From: Tubiluchus corallicola
Lineage: Eukaryota > Animalia > Priapulida
Direction: 5' to 3'
Length of the DNA: 64,000 nt
Assembly: GCA_030141605.1 (NCBI GenBank)
Contig: JAQGDQ010000009.1
Location: 1,240,001-1,304,000 of the forward strand
This document shows, piece after piece, positions 39,601 through 55,687 of the stretch. The notes under the pieces were generated by a model. That model made no database searches, had not been told where the DNA came from, and was given only the letters and a program-made list of their open reading frames with translations. The translations under genes were made by a program, and so were the position numbers. Numbering within the stretch: the stretch's first letter is position 1; every line of letters begins with the position of its first letter.

Positions 39601-41196
39601 CTCTTTTCACTAAGAGAAGTGTCGACAGTAACTCACAGAGCAGTTCACACTTGTGAGTTTGCTCTCAGAGAGAAAACTTGCTAGTCTGAAATCACTGTTA
39701 GAGTTCCCGCTACAGGGAAACAGCAAAAAAAATTGATTCCGAAATAATGTCACTATAGTCACGGTTAGAATCAGCAAAAAATTTTGATTCTGAAATAATG
39801 TCACTATAGTCACTGTTAGAATCATGCTCAGTATGTTTCACTACAGTCTCTGACTCTATAAATGAATTTGTGAAGAATTTAAATGATTTAGAAAATTTTA
39901 GACATCACGATATGAGTTACAACACAATTACAAATTAAAGTACACACGTTGGTGCTATCTTACTCGAAACTGTGCAGAAACCATCGACGCTGAATAAGTG
40001 TGTGATAATAGAATGAGTTCTAGAGTACAAATGATTCTAGTCTGTGATCATAGTGACTGTAGGATGATGTAAGTTTAGTGCCCAGTTCTAAAAAGCGGAA
40101 ACTATAACATACAATAGCTTGTTTTATTTCTTATTATAATGCTTTTTTGTGCTAAAATCTTAGAGTTCTGTGTTTTGATGCAGATGAATTATACGAGGCG
40201 CCAGTGGACTGACGAGTTTCATTGTCGTGAAGTTTTTGGAAATTTTGTGCATGTTCTCACGGCTTCCGGAATTGTTGCGAGTCTTCCTATTGCGTTCTAT
40301 GTAGGCATAGCATTCCGGATGAAGAACAAGGAGCATAAAATACTAAAGCGTAAGTTACTCAAGTAAAATGTAAATGTAAGTTAGATGAAAATGCTAGAAT
40401 AACTATGGATAATCAGTTGTGCATTTTAGTCCTACAATCGTGTGTTTTGTTACTGTTGCATATTTAAAAAAAAAAAACTAAAACGAACAAGAAATTTTAT
40501 GGCGAAATACCTTCACAGATCAGCCTTGGTATAAATTCTGTTTCATATTTCTAAGTGAGATTCAACATATTAGCCAATATTAAAAGGCTTAGTTTAACAA
40601 CAAACTCTAATCAATGCAGTTTTTTTCCTAATACATATTTCACCACAAGCATGTACCAATTATCTTTTGCTTCAGTAACTGTTGATAACCATTGTACTGT
40701 ACACAATCAGAATCAGATACCGAAAGGGGAAGAAGAGAATTTTAATAAATTTCCCAAAAAAACTTTCCAAACAAAGGTATATTGTTTAGCTTTATGTTTA
40801 CTTGCTTGAAAGACATGTAATTAGAAAAGAAAATTCTTAATAATTTAACATATTTGCACTTGGTAAAAAATTACTACTTCGCCATCGCAGTGTGCACAAC
40901 TGATTAACCAAAAACCCATTATTGAACTTACTGACAATATGAGTAATTTAAACTTTTCCTCACTTAGTAAAGAGTGTGCTATGAATGCTCTGATTGTTTT
41001 TTCTAATTTAACGCAATGTTACCTAAACGTGTTTCAAATAATTTACTGTGAAAATTTTCGGCTGCGACTATTGGTCTTCATGGGAGTTTATGAAGATTTG
41101 TAATTCTCTTTTACAGAAAAGCGTTTGCCTAAAACAATGAGAGGTTCTCGACTATCGAGGCTTGGCATAAGATTTCCTTCGATGACACGGAGATGA
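30689..41196 (+). CDS. OSTM1: Osteopetrosis-associated transmembrane protein 1 (ClC-7 beta subunit), about 389 aa
   Basis: Exons 30689-31225, 34869-34992, 35431-35540, 36238-36390, 40184-40349, 41117-41196; 1170 nt, in frame. Motifs SFISCSISYSRPLEFCHQC, GDRVQI...LWESSNCFDC and CMDLVDAMNYTRRQW, then a TM segment and a KRL tail. Confidence 0.92.
32430..32770 (+). repeat. Dispersed repeat family, copy B
   Basis: Collinear similarity to 19420-19790. Confidence 0.8.
33300..34350 (-). mobile_element. Decayed CR1-group LINE reverse-transcriptase remnant in OSTM1 intron 1
   Basis: Minus-strand peptides WFNNFLTHRF*RVVLNGISTEWHPVISGSPQG...INDI and SNDLKWNYH...LYRAAVRSILEYAPVVWSP, with stops and frameshifts. 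Confidence 0.85.
34993..35430 (+). other. GC-AG intron in OSTM1
   Basis: Exon 2 ends TGT TTT G|GCAAGT. This donor gives the in-frame join SNCF-D-CFHC, which keeps the conserved CxxC. Confidence 0.85.
39022..39592 (+). mobile_element. 5S-derived SINE (SINE3-type) with RTE-like body and tail and target-site duplication
   Basis: Direct repeat AAGTGCAAGCTGAC at 39022-39035 and 39579-39592. 5S head followed by a GC-rich body. The 3' part encodes RSRIELLSHSRRCSS...* (39463-39528), like the end of an RTE ORF, and ends GTCTTCCGAGACAGAAGGATGCCAAC. Confidence 0.88.
39033..39152 (+). rRNA. 5S rRNA-derived sequence (head of a SINE; probably not a functional rDNA copy)
   Basis: Full-length, about 120-nt 5S-like sequence (…TTGAAAACACCGGTTCTCGTCTGATCACCGAAGTTAAGC…TGGATGGGTGACCACCTGGGAATACCAGGTGCTGTAGGCTT). 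Box A and Box C are present, there are CpG-type substitutions, and there is no T4 terminator. Confidence 0.93.
39721..39822. repeat. 51-bp tandem duplication
   Basis: CAGCAAAAAAAATTGATTCCGAAATAATGTCACTATAGTCACGGTTAGAAT repeated at 39721 and 39772 with few differences. Confidence 0.9.
40930..41070 (-). repeat. Dispersed repeat family, copy C (partial, inverted)
   Basis: The reverse complement matches the AAATTAGA...AACAATCAGAGCATTCA...GAAAAGT segment of copy A. Confidence 0.7.
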
Positions 41197-42816
41197 TTAG
41201 TGTCCTAAAGCCGCATTTGTGTAAATAAGATGTAAATACGACATATGTACAATGGTATTGTTAGTAGATCTGTGTCGACTTTTAGCAATTTTAAGTCAAA
41301 GCAATGAGAGATTTTTGATCATAATGTTAGGCGAAATGATTTTGTACCAAATTGTATACGGTCTTATAGTGGCCTAATATTTCTGGAAATTCCAAAGGCA
41401 CTTTGTTGCTATAAACCATGGGAACTAAAATAATGCGTCAAGTTGCAGACCGGCACATTTCATCGAAAAGGTAAGATTAAGCTATGTGAGAATGTAAGGA
41501 TGACTTGTATGCAGTATCAGTGCTGATTAAGAGAAATAGTACCTCATCTAAGTTTTCACATTTCAAATCTGAAAGCATACACGTCAGCTGTAAATTGTTA
41601 ATTAATGCATAGCATTCCTTATTTTTCTTTTGTATTAATTGCATATTGTGGTAACATCGCAGCAACAACTGTAATATGGTAACCATAAAGTTTACAGCTG
41701 GGCATGCCAATATTTTGCCTAATTTTACAAGGGGTTGTACGATGTATGACGAACATAGAACAGCATAGTAGCAAAGCAGTATTTTTATATAAAAATAAAT
41801 ATTATTGTTTTTATACATATTTAAAATCATGTGACATAGTTTTATATCCATTGTCGTTAATAATAAAGTGATTTAGTTTTGTGTTGCGATTTAAGTGAGG
41901 AGATATTACAGAACAACTAGAAAACAACTCAGTAAGCCCTTAACATTCAAAGGTAAAATTATTGCAGAATACAAATGCACACGCATGCACGAGCACACGT
42001 GCACACACACAATGCACTGCACAATTTTTAAAACTAGTTATAAAATTGTTGTAACTTGCCTGTAAATTTAAATTTTCTCCTTAAAGATATTAATCAAATA
42101 ATGCTAGAAAAAGTACCAAGTAACTGTGCATTACTTTGGCATCCTTGGTGGCTTTTCTACATATCGAAGGGACCATCTATCCCATACATATTACGCGTGT
42201 CTTACATATTATGCAGAATCTGCATGTGCACAGTTAGACTACTAAGTTGACTACCTAAGATCACTTTAATAAAAGTTGTTTCTGTCAAAAATGCTAAGAT
42301 ATTAATTTTTAAACATTTGAGATGTTTATATTTACCCAAATGCAAGTTTGCCTTTAAAATTCTTTCAATATTTTACAAAATATCTTTTGCAATTACCAGC
42401 CAAAAGTAAGAAACTAATAACACATCCTAGTCATCACTTCTGGGGCAGCGTAAATTAAACTGGCATAGTAAAAATTTACTAATCATTAACATTTCTTCTC
42501 ATTCACTAAGAGACTAACAATTATACAAACTAAAAGCATTGACATTATTGAGCTGATTGCTCTGAATGTGAAAGTATAAAACACAACTATCAACTCACTT
42601 CTGAAATGTTGAAAATCTTGGTTTTAAACATACCAACTTCAGACACAATATTTGACTCTTAACTCCTACTAGTTTTAAATACGAACATCTTACTTTCTAC
42701 ATTGCATTATAGACAACTCACACAGCATCATTAGACAATACTGGACATAAATAAAAATGGTACGTTAGTTAATCAGCGATGATCTTTATACGATTACACA
42801 TCTAGTTGCGAACGTG

Positions 42817-44975
<2,159 letters not shown>

Positions 44976-44999
44976 CAGTATAAACAGATATTCTAAAAA

Positions 45000-46040
45000 A
45001 ATATTGTATGATAAGTAAGATCAGGCACAAAAGAACATTCATAACATATAAAAAAGTTGATAAATTGCATTTATTGATTGTGATTAGGCTTGATGAATTA
45101 GCAAAAGGTTAGAGTTGGTGAACAATTTAACCAGGTCATTTTGTTCTGTTACATTTCAGACTAGTGAGCAGCTCACAAGCGAGTTCAAAACTTGCTGCGA
45201 GTTACTCTCCGACAGTATGCACGAGCTGAGACTCTATTTTCTATTCACTACAGGAGAGTAATGGTTATTTCAGCATCTTGGTTAGTAAATGCCAAGTCTA
45301 AAACAGACGAATTTTGACCGAAACAAAATCGCGTGTGTTCACATGTACAAGTAAACATAAGTTGAAACAATAAATTTCCACCAAAATAAATTAAAAAAGT
45401 GCGCTCTACTTGCTCATTTGAGAATTCAAGTCTACCCCGGGTGGCCGGAAATCACCCACAATGCAAATATATTTACTGTTTAGATGAGTAATAATCAATC
45501 AATCACGAGAGCTGCTTATTTTGATCCTCTGAGGAGGAAGGGATAAGATAAATTATTACAAATACCAGTGCTTCAACAATGAAATTATTAATACAAACAT
45601 GTATAGATATATAGATCGCTTCTAATGTGGCCATAGTCTTACAGTTACAGAGTAAACCAATGCAATACATGTTGATAAACTCAGTACAAATTATTAATCA
45701 CTATGTTCTTTCCAAAAGTTGTTATTTTTTAGTAGTATGTAGTATAAGTGATTAGCTCTACTAACTTACATTATTATTGAAAATCACTTTAAAATGTAAA
45801 CCGATCCTTACTTAGGTGCCAAAAGTTTTTCTCAAATCGAGTAAATCAAAAATCTTTTAGTTTTTAGCGATTTTAGGGCTCAGTCAAAGATAATGCATAA
45901 TGCTTACAGCGTTTTTAGCGAGACTTTCTGTTTGACAGTAATGATATTGTTGTTAAAGCTCAATAATAGTAATAATAGTAATTGTTAATTATTATTCTTC
46001 TTATTCCTAATAGTGTTGTAATTGCCAAAAATTAACTATA
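45000..46040. promoter_or_regulatory. Probable bidirectional promoter region between MEAF6 and CMSS1
   Basis: Divergent start codons at 44975 and 46041; local CpG enrichment at about 45170-45510, with CCGGAAA (ETS-like) and CACGAG motifs. Function is inferred from position only. Confidence 0.5.
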
Positions 46041-49000
46041 ATGGTAGATGTACTTGACGATGAGTGGTGGTTGGAAAGCAAAGATAAGTCAGGTTAGTTG
46101 AATACTATACTCTATAGTCTAGAGTATAGTATTAATTACTAATATTATTATTATTATTATTAATAATAACAAACTGAGTCTAAAAACAGAATTGCTGTTG
46201 CAGTTTCTGTTGAAGCACTGGTTTCAGTGATATTTTTATTTGAGCCATCTGGCTGCGTGTTAAAAAACCACCTACAATCTATAATCCAGAGATGGGGGTA
46301 TTAGCATAAATGCTATTTGCCCTCCACTATGCTGAACTAGCTTAAACTGAAATGTTAAGTATAGTGGCACCACTGCAACTAGAGGAAGGATATGCCATCA
46401 AAACAATTTGTTCCCATTGGGTTAACATGGGGTTTATGGATTTTGATGAATTCTCCTGCCAGTGCTTGTTAAGACGTCTCTTATATTGCTCAATGTTTGT
46501 TGCCTCAACTACATTTGCTGGTAGCTTGTTCCATGTGTCGACAACCCTCAATTTCAGTTATAGCATATTGTCGTATTTTTGTAGACTTCATATATTCATA
46601 AAAATATTTGATGTTTAATGCCTAATCAAATAAAAAGTTGATAATCAAATCTTAAAAATTAAATTCATCAGTGGGTTATTAAGAATTTCACTTTCCAAGA
46701 GAGTTAAAATAGTCTCGCATTGATTTCCAATCAGCTGTCCAAAAACCATACGTTAGTTTATCAGTAAATTTCAGATTTAAAGACTCATTCAACAGTGACA
46801 TTTAGAATAACAATGTGATCAATTTTAGAAAAGGGGAACCAGTTACCATTAGCTTTCCTGGCAGGGAAATTGACCAGCTGAAACAAGAAATGGTCATTTG
46901 TGCTCTTAATAAATTACCTCTCTAAGCCTGAAGAGGAGACTAGACATTCTAATGACATGTTTTGAAAACTAAAATTGCCACACAAAGTACCTTTTTTTGA
47001 CCAGAATGACAATAATAGCTAATATTCTTGGTTGCTGAGGCATCAGACAGAAGAAAGGTCTCCTCTTAATCACTGTTTCCGGGGTGATCTAGCAGACACC
47101 AGTTATAATACAGTTATCATAGCAAAAACTTTGACATATTTTCACTCACCACAGCAGTCTTTGTTTACTACTTTCTTGGCCAATAAGCAGCTTTTACTAA
47201 TAAAGTCGCTTTACAATGCAGCACTCCAGGAAATATAGCGTTACGATCAGTCCTAAATAAATCATGTCACTTGGACAAAAGGAAATACCATCATCATTAT
47301 TGAGGAGACATGTTTCGCAAAGGGCAATAAAATCAGCTTGGCTAAAGCTAACAGAAGTTAAGAACCCAGTCTCTTTGGCAAAAAAAGTGCCAATAAACAG
47401 ATCCTGTGTTTTGAGTGCCCATTTTTCTCCAATCACAACTATTTACATTTCTATAATTTTTACACTTGTATATACAAAATCAGATTTACATGGTGAGCGA
47501 TATGGCATGGCAGTAGTGATATGAGCTGCCAGTTCAGTTAAATTAGTCACAGCTGTGTGTACATTTGTAGAGACAAGGATAATATGAGGAATAAAGTAAG
47601 ATGTCTAGAACAAAAAATGTTAACACTACAAGAGACTGGGAAACCATTCAAACAGTTAGAACATTTATGGCCACTTGTCTATAGCATTAGCAGTGCGTCT
47701 CTGCTTAACATAGTGTTCAATAGGCTTCACTTACACCAAAAACTCAAACTGCCTACCGAAAAACGCAACTAAGTTGGTTGAAGTATGTGAACTATTGCAT
47801 CAACAGATTACGTTCTTAGTTTAGCAAAACCTTTTATCATGCTTGTCAGTCAAAATAGTAATCTGCTTTTTTAATTACAGATCAACAAACAAAAGACAAT
47901 AATGAAATGGCTTCATCAAAATCAAAGAGACGTGAAGCTAAAAAACTGAAAGTGAGTTTTGCAATCTAATGATACTATTACAGCATTCGTCTTAACATTT
48001 GGTACACGTACAACTTTTTTCATTAAACAATTGCAGTGCAAACACTTTGTATAGTTGGAGTGCATTTTCTTTCATCTGTCTTTTTTTGGAATTAAGACCA
48101 TGAGTGTGTCTTTTTAAGCATAAAGAAAAGGCAGTAGAAAAGAAGCCACTATCAAATGAGAAATCAACCACAAGTTTTAGTGCAAAGAAACAAAAGCGAA
48201 GCAAGTTAATCTTAGAAGCAACGAAATCTGAACTTGACAAGCAGAAAAGAAAGAAAAACAAGCGCAAAAAGGTATGAGCCTTATTAATCTGAGCTCAAAA
48301 TTGATCAAAATCAAAAATACCTAATTAGTTAGAATTACTCTAGTTTGAATGAACTATCATTGGAAATATTTGATTTGGTTACCCAGCTATAAAGGATAAA
48401 CATTATACTGCCTTGAAAGTGGTAGCCTAGTAGTCTAAGGTGTCTGCTACATAAGCAGAACATCCATGGTTCAAGCCCAGATTGCATTCCAACTTTATCA
48501 CATTTTCTGTCTTTCAAATTTGTTATCAGAATTTAGTTAGTTAATATGCTGTTTGTTTGGAAACTGAACAAATGACCAAAGAATTAAATTTTACAAGATT
48601 GAATTCAATTTGTTCTAATCATTTTGTTTATTACTATTAATTTATACAAGGTGTTACAAAAAATTTATTACTTTGTCTTGTTTTAGAAGTTGTTGAGTGA
48701 ACGAATTGCTGAACAACCTGCTGTCACACCCACTAGTGATGAGCTGGTGTCTTTCTTGAATAATATGGCTAAAGACAGGTTGTCGGCCATTGAAATGCCT
48801 CAGATTGGACTATTACGTGAGGATCAGTTACCTGTTTAGTCACTTTTGTCTCAAGAAAGTAGAGAAAAAAAATTTTCTCATATATTTTTATAGTAATATT
48901 GTATTTTTGTACAATTCAGTATGCTCAAGCTGGAATCCAGCAATCAATGGCAGGTTTGTTTAATGCAAACATTTATGACGGAACCGAAACCTAGTTCATT

Positions 49001-52000
49001 ATGAGGGGTAATCCTCTAAGATGAGACACTGAACCAGCAGAATACCTCGACCAGTCTTGGTTCATTTGGACGTATTACATCTTCCTCACAAATAGACAGA
49101 CAGAATCAGTGTGCTGAAATGGAATGGAACTTGCTGGTTACCCATCCATTCACTGACCAGCCTTGGCTTGTCAAGAACATCAAAAAGCCTTGATGAAAAC
49201 TTTGATCTCTAACACGCATCATTATCACTCAAATGGCTACCTCGCCCGTGTAGTATTTTAGCCTTGCTGAAATACCGAACTCTTCATAGTCTTTTGCTCT
49301 CTGTTTGAAACTTTTAGCTAATTATATCAAGAAAAAATATTTACCTTTTTACAGCTCATCACTTTGGTACACACAAAAGTCCAGGTCTTTCACTGGAAGC
49401 ATTCTTTAAAGATGTCTTTCACAACTTTCTCAATTGTTCTGGCACATTTTCAAGCTCAAAAGGGTCTCCAGAGGTCTTAATTTTGTGCATTTCTGCTCTC
49501 AGGGCTGTGAAATTACGTAGGTAAAAGTTTTATTGCATTTTTTGTTCATAGCAGTTGATTTTGACAGTTTTCAGATTGCCTTGTTAAGTTGTGAATGTGT
49601 GTATGTATGCCTTTAACTTCGGAACAGGGATTGTAGTACTTTTTAATTGAAGTGTTACTTTTAAGTAAGCCAAATAAAAAACTTCTGACAGTCTGTCTGT
49701 TGAATTTTAATTCTTTGCACTTAAGTGTACATGTACAGTTCTGCTATTTCACTAATAAAAATCAATATTTTCTACAATTTTGACATGTAAAACGTGTAAG
49801 TTTTTCTGAGAACTCAGCCATTAATGTAAGCATTCACTTTTGATTTTTCATATGATTTTATCAGAATTCTGCCTTACATGAAAAAATTTGTCAGTTAGTA
49901 GGATGTTTTTATTGTTTTATTGCTTAAACTGTTGACAGCTGTTCATAGACATCCCACATAATTTTGATTTTTTAAGAAACACCATAGTAGTGGTAAATCA
50001 TGTTTAAGCATGTGTGCAAATGCTCAAAATTTCATTGTACTGAAAATTCATATTGGAATGTGTTCTGATTTCAGAATTGTTCAAACCATTGTCAGTTCCG
50101 ACATAAAAATTGCAAAGCTGTTTGCGAAACACCTTTCGGTAAGCTCTGGAAATATACCGCCATAAATGTGACTTCCTATTGTGAAGTAGAGTGTTTTCTT
50201 TCCTAATGGTAACAATGATACAATTTTAATGTTTCTTATATTATCTTGATGTTAGTGTGAGTGATTAGCTAATGAGTTTTACAAATTTGACATAAATTTT
50301 AATATAATATTTTTTTCAAGTTAACTGGTAGTTTTCAAGTTTAGATTTAAAGTTGGGACAGCTAAAGACATTTTACTGTTTAGAAAATATGTTGCTGACA
50401 ATACTTCAAAGTTGACGTTTTAAATGCAGGTAGTCGAACCAACATAGTGATACAAAATGTAAGATACAGTGTATGGTGCTGATTTAATTAACAGGTGTAA
50501 GTGGATGGAACAGACTAGGGCTAAATTTGAAATATGGGGTCCCAATTTCGGTGACTTTTTACAAAGTGCAGCAAGGACCCAGTTTTTATTTTACATTTAA
50601 ATACTTGAGGATGGTGCTCGAACACTGCTGGAGAAAGCAATGAGCTTAGTTAAGATAACCAGTCAGTCATTGATCTATTTAAGCTTTGAAATTTTGATGA
50701 TTTTAACAAAATGCAGAGGCCAGTGCATTCAGGCAAACAAGAAAATGATTCCTTGATGATATTACTCTCACTCGAAGCGGGTCATATTTCTAGATTTCAA
50801 TCTAGGCTTCACTCGAGCAGCATAGTGAGAAACCTCAAAATTGTTAGTCATGTTTAAGAAGTGAAAAAAGAGTAAAAACGTGCAAACCTGTGTGATGTGA
50901 AACATTAAATGGCATAGATTTACAAATGGGAAAAATGCAGAAAGGGATTGGGTATTGTGGATATTCTGTAGTACATGGGAGGGCAAATTTTAGTGGAGTA
51001 GTCTATAACCTTCAGTGGGTGGTTCAGGGCTAAAATTCAATTGTCTGAAAAGATAAACGAACAAATGACAAATTGAAAAGAGGTGATGATCAGAACAAAA
51101 CCTGATTAATATGGAAAACAGCCTGTCTTTAGCTTCTGTGCAATGCGTACCTCTCTTGCCATGCTGTAAACACAGTAGAGGGCGCACCAAATGCATGTTT
51201 TTATCAACTGAGCCGAAACTTAACCAAATGACCGGCCATGCTGCCGAACCATTATACCAAATAAAATGTAAAGTTAAATTGGAATACCGGAGCAAAGCTG
51301 AACCGATTTTTTTTCCAAAAAATTAACCAATTTTTTTTGTAATTGCAACTGAAAAAAATTATAAACTGTATAGTGTTATATAATTTTAAGTTAGTGGTGA
51401 TTGGTAAGTTGTGTAAAATTTTTCTAATTACTAAATCTGTGTTTGAATTTAATGGTTGTTGATTATTGTTATGTACTAAAGTATTAAGTATTTTAAAAGC
51501 AGCCCTAATTCTTTCAAAAGTTGTTCAAACTATTTTATATAATCAGTGAAAACAGTCTTTAAGCAAAACTGCAATAGTATAACCTTTTATTAGATCAAGC
51601 TCTCATTAATTTATTATGTCGTGTATAAGTGAATATGTTACAGCCACGTTATTGCACATTGATATGAATTGTGTACCAGCGGTGCATCGTACAGCAAAAA
51701 AATAAAACTAGGGCTTGTTCTTAATTTTTTTAATTAGTATGCTTTTTTACAATTTTAGACACTGTCTAATTTCTATACAAATTTGTCTTGTGCCAAGTTA
51801 AATTCTGACAAATTTATCCAAAGAACGTTAATGCTAAATTCATCTAGAATATGAATGTTATTCTCCCATTTTTAGGTCAGTGAGCAAAGTGCCTTTCTTG
51901 CTAAGACTGTCACACCGATTGGAGTGGGAACAGCTAATAGAGTCAACAAACTCATAGAAGAAGGTAAGTATAAAGAAGTTAGTTTAAATATTAACATACA

Positions 52001-52598
52001 CGTCTTGTACAAATTTAATCATATGCATTAAAATAGTGCCATTTGTTTGACAACAAATCCAGGTCTTCCTATAGAATATTAACAATTACCATAAATTTTC
52101 ATTGTAGAGTATTACAGACCAGTCTTGTAACAAGCGTGCACCAGTCAAGCTTGTTTTGGATTTTTTTTTTGAAATAGGAAATTGACTTAAATGAATTTTA
52201 ATTATTTTTTTGCCTGACAAGGTCTGTCATTATGATAAATGTATCCAGGGTAACAGCTACTACAGTTATTTTTTAGGAAACTATGCAACAAAATCTGACT
52301 GCCAACCTGCAAACAACTGAGATTTTTGTGACTCTTAAGCTATGCAATTTTAACTCTTGTAGATTTTTTGTATATAAACTATGCTAAAATAACCTTTTGT
52401 TTACAAGTTGAATCTTCTGTTTCAGGCTCATTAGACATCAGAAACTTAGAGAATGTATTGCTAGACTGGACTCACCGAGATAATAAATTGCAGCGGCTTA
52501 TGGATCAAAAACAGTCGAGGCTAGACTTATTTCATTTGTTTCAGAAGCACATCATACCACATATACGAAACGCGTCCTGCAAAATTGTGCTCATGTGA
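46041..52598 (+). CDS. CMSS1: Cms1 ribosomal small subunit homolog, 298 aa
   Basis: Exons 46041-46092, 47881-47951, 48119-48271, 48687-48816, 49355-49520, 50075-50138, 51876-51963, 52426-52598; 897 nt, in frame. Peptides MVDVLDDEWW, LILCISALRA, IAKLFAKHL, GVGTANRV and LDWTHRDNKLQRLMD. Confidence 0.93.
46342..47440 (-). mobile_element. Decayed LINE remnant(s) in CMSS1 intron 1
   Basis: CR1-like ORF2 C-terminus RVVDTWNKLPANVVEATNIEQYKRRLNKHW (about 46460-46550) and APE-like ADFIALCETCL (about 47300-47345). Confidence 0.65.
48415..48560 (+). mobile_element. Degenerate tRNA-derived SINE fragment
   Basis: A-box TAGCCTAGTAGT, B-box GGTTCAAGCCC at 48468, body similar to 24170-24330. Confidence 0.55.
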
Positions 52599-55500
52599 AA
52601 GTGAATATAATGAAGTGAAAGTAAAAACTGGTATGAGATTAATTTGTAAGATGCAGATCTTGACTACTTTGTCCTGCTCTGCGAGTCTTCTAAATACAAC
52701 TGAAAGTGACATCAGAATTATCCAACAGTGTAGATGTTACGAATTTGGTCTGCTACTTTGTTTCTACATGGCTACTAGCTGATTATTTTGTATCAGAGTG
52801 CATGCTTAAGTTTGGTAATTAATAAAAATGGAAATTTTGTCTTTTATAAAGAGAATATCTGCTATTTAATAGACAATGTACACTCCTCAGCTAATGAGTG
52901 GTTTAACGACCTACTTGTTTGTACAATGATTATTAAATTTAATGAAATTTATCATAATTGATAGCTGTATAAACTTTGTCTCATTGTCTCTATCATAAGA
53001 TTGTTTCTAACTTAATCAACAATGGTGCCAGAAAACGTTTTTGGCACAAGAGGCAAAAAGTGAATAAAATGGCAAACACATTGGCATAATTACATTTATC
53101 TTGTGATGTGCTATGCGGCGCACACTGCATGCGGTGTATGTTCTACACGTGCACATGTTTTCCAAGCTTTAAGCATTTCAATTCAATAACGATGTCTACT
53201 GTTACAGTTGGCAGTTTACATTGATACATGTTCAGTTGTTCACACTTTACAACTGAGATAGTAAATAACACTAACACATGCGCTGTACCCACAAACCCAA
53301 ATTATGTGAAGATTATCATTCTATGTGTCATTCATGTAAATGTACAAGATCCTTTCATGTGAATTATATTGACCTGGAAACCTACAATTTTATTTTCTAT
53401 TTCACATTCTTAAATCAAAACAGCATCCAAACCTGTATAACTGATCTATACCAAATATCACTTAACGCCGAAAAGCTATCGGATGTCACATATACCATCC
53501 TTATTGTTTTCTTTTAGAAGCTATCTGACGGCATGTACCGTCCAAAGTAAACAAATGCAAATGTGTGTTTAGCTAAGCTTGCTGACTCCGTGTAATAGGC
53601 AATCAAGTCTTAAAATCACATGGCAGAGCTTGTCTTATCACTCTGCACAAACAAGTAAGGTGAATAGATTTTCCCTGTTACAAGAATACGAGTAAGAGAG
53701 TGTAGTTTTTTTGCAATATGCCCGAAGGAGGTCATTTCTTGTTTACGCTAAAAAAGTATAGGTAATACTTGTTTGAATGTGCAGAGAAATTAACTGAAAC
53801 TTTAAAGCGGGATGCTGTGTGCTTTGTTTAATTATGGACCAGTTTTTGCAAATTTGAATTTCTGCGAATTTGAAATTTGAACTAGTGATATAACGTCAAT
53901 CACTTAAACAGAGTTTGCAACTTTGCATGTTTATTTATTACTCCAATATATACAGAACAGTATTATTTTTCTTATTTCACAACAACTTTATCACGAAATA
54001 ATAAGTTAAAATAATGTTTATCTTACATGCTTATGGTCATAATACACGTAAGCTTTTATCACATTAAGCTTCATAATCCTTAATGTATATAAAAACAAAG
54101 TACAAAAAACAACCCTCTCTGATAATGACATTCAGTTAAAATGAACTTGAACTGGTAAACAAAACAGTTTTGGACAAAAACTGCAATGCAGTTTTTGATT
54201 TTTTATGACAGTGTCAATCCTAAGGCTCGTGTCAAATTTAGATAGACAGGAACTGTTTATATCATATACAATATTCATGACTTCAATCAAAAAGCTTAAA
54301 TAGTATCTAATCACTGAGAAATTTTGGCCATTATGACAGTATTGTATTACTATCGACCGGGCCCGAATACAAGTTCTTAATTCTGTGTACAGTACAGTAA
54401 ATGTACAGTAAATTTTTTCCAGTCGAAAAATAGTAAATAAAAGAATTGATGCATTACCAAACATACCAGTACAAAAAGATTAGCCGAAAGGCCTATTAAC
54501 TTTTATGCCTAATTAGTCACCTGATAGGAAGAAAAATGAGTAAAAATGTCAACAAAACTGTTAAACAATTATTATACATGTTCTAATATTCTAATAATAC
54601 TGAAAAGTATAGCATAGGTTTATTTAATTTTAAATGATATTAAAAGCCATTAGAAAGTCAGTAATTGTCCAGTCAATTAATAAATTTAACATAATTGAGT
54701 AAAATGTTCCCTGCAAAACAAACACAGGGATTATAGCATGGAAGATAGATAAGCAGCTTTTAAAACCATCTTAATGCTACATATTTTGTCGTTAAAGGAA
54801 AAGCCAAGGCTCTAGGGAAGTTGATCTTATTTTGACATGTGAGGAAAATGCTAGAAAGTTTTCAGCAATAAAACTGTGATAAGCGCCTCGTTGTATTTAG
54901 TAAAATTAATTTAAATACACAATCCCTTCACGCTTGTGTGCACTTGTTTTGAATGAACCAAGTACCAGAGCAATTTTCTGCAACTGCAGTTACTGTTATT
55001 AACTATTAACAATACTTTTGCCTGCTAGGGAAAGAAAACTAGTTACTGATAACAACAAAGTAACCTTCAAATCAGTTAGTTACATTAAAACTGAACTCTA
55101 TAAGCTGAGTAACCTGCCTGGCACCTACTATACACTTGCAGAGTTCCATGCTTATTTGTAACTAAATTAGTAAGTTACATATAATACGCATTTTGATAAT
55201 CATGTGGATTAAAGCTGTATAAGTCATTTACAAGTTTCAGATAACTGATCTGGTGATTAATTTTTACATGAACACAGTTAAAGATGAAAATTTATTCAGC
55301 TAGAATAGCAGGATTTCTGAGTAAACTGCAGAAATTTCGTTATACGTCCCTTAGTGCTGTCAACCAGTTTTCAAATATGACGATTTTGTTTGGAGTAAGA
55401 TACAAATAGTTTAAATTTCCTTTACATTTTTAAAAAAGCCATTTTCTGCACACATATTATGGGGTAATTTCAATATTTTTAAGTTTATATTAAAATATAA

Positions 55501-55687
55501 TGGATGTTGTTTGAGGGCTGGCTTTTCCTTTAATAAGCTATAAAATACAGTCAATTCCATCAATTTCTGCCAAAAACAGAAGCTTACATTTTCTCTGTCT
55601 GACATTCAGAATCTTCGAGAAACCATATTATTTCCAATTTTGCATTTAGCCAGATGCAGATGAGCCAGCCAAAAGGTGGTCTTCAAG

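Noticed and set aside
41194-41208. Stop-codon readthrough context TGA-TTAG at the end of OSTM1
   Set aside because: It differs from the TGA-CTAG motif, and another stop follows after three codons.
51176-51691. hAT-like MITE in a CMSS1 intron
   Set aside because: The putative ends (TAGAGGGGCGCACC and GGTGCATCGTA) are too degenerate and no 8-bp TSD is evident.
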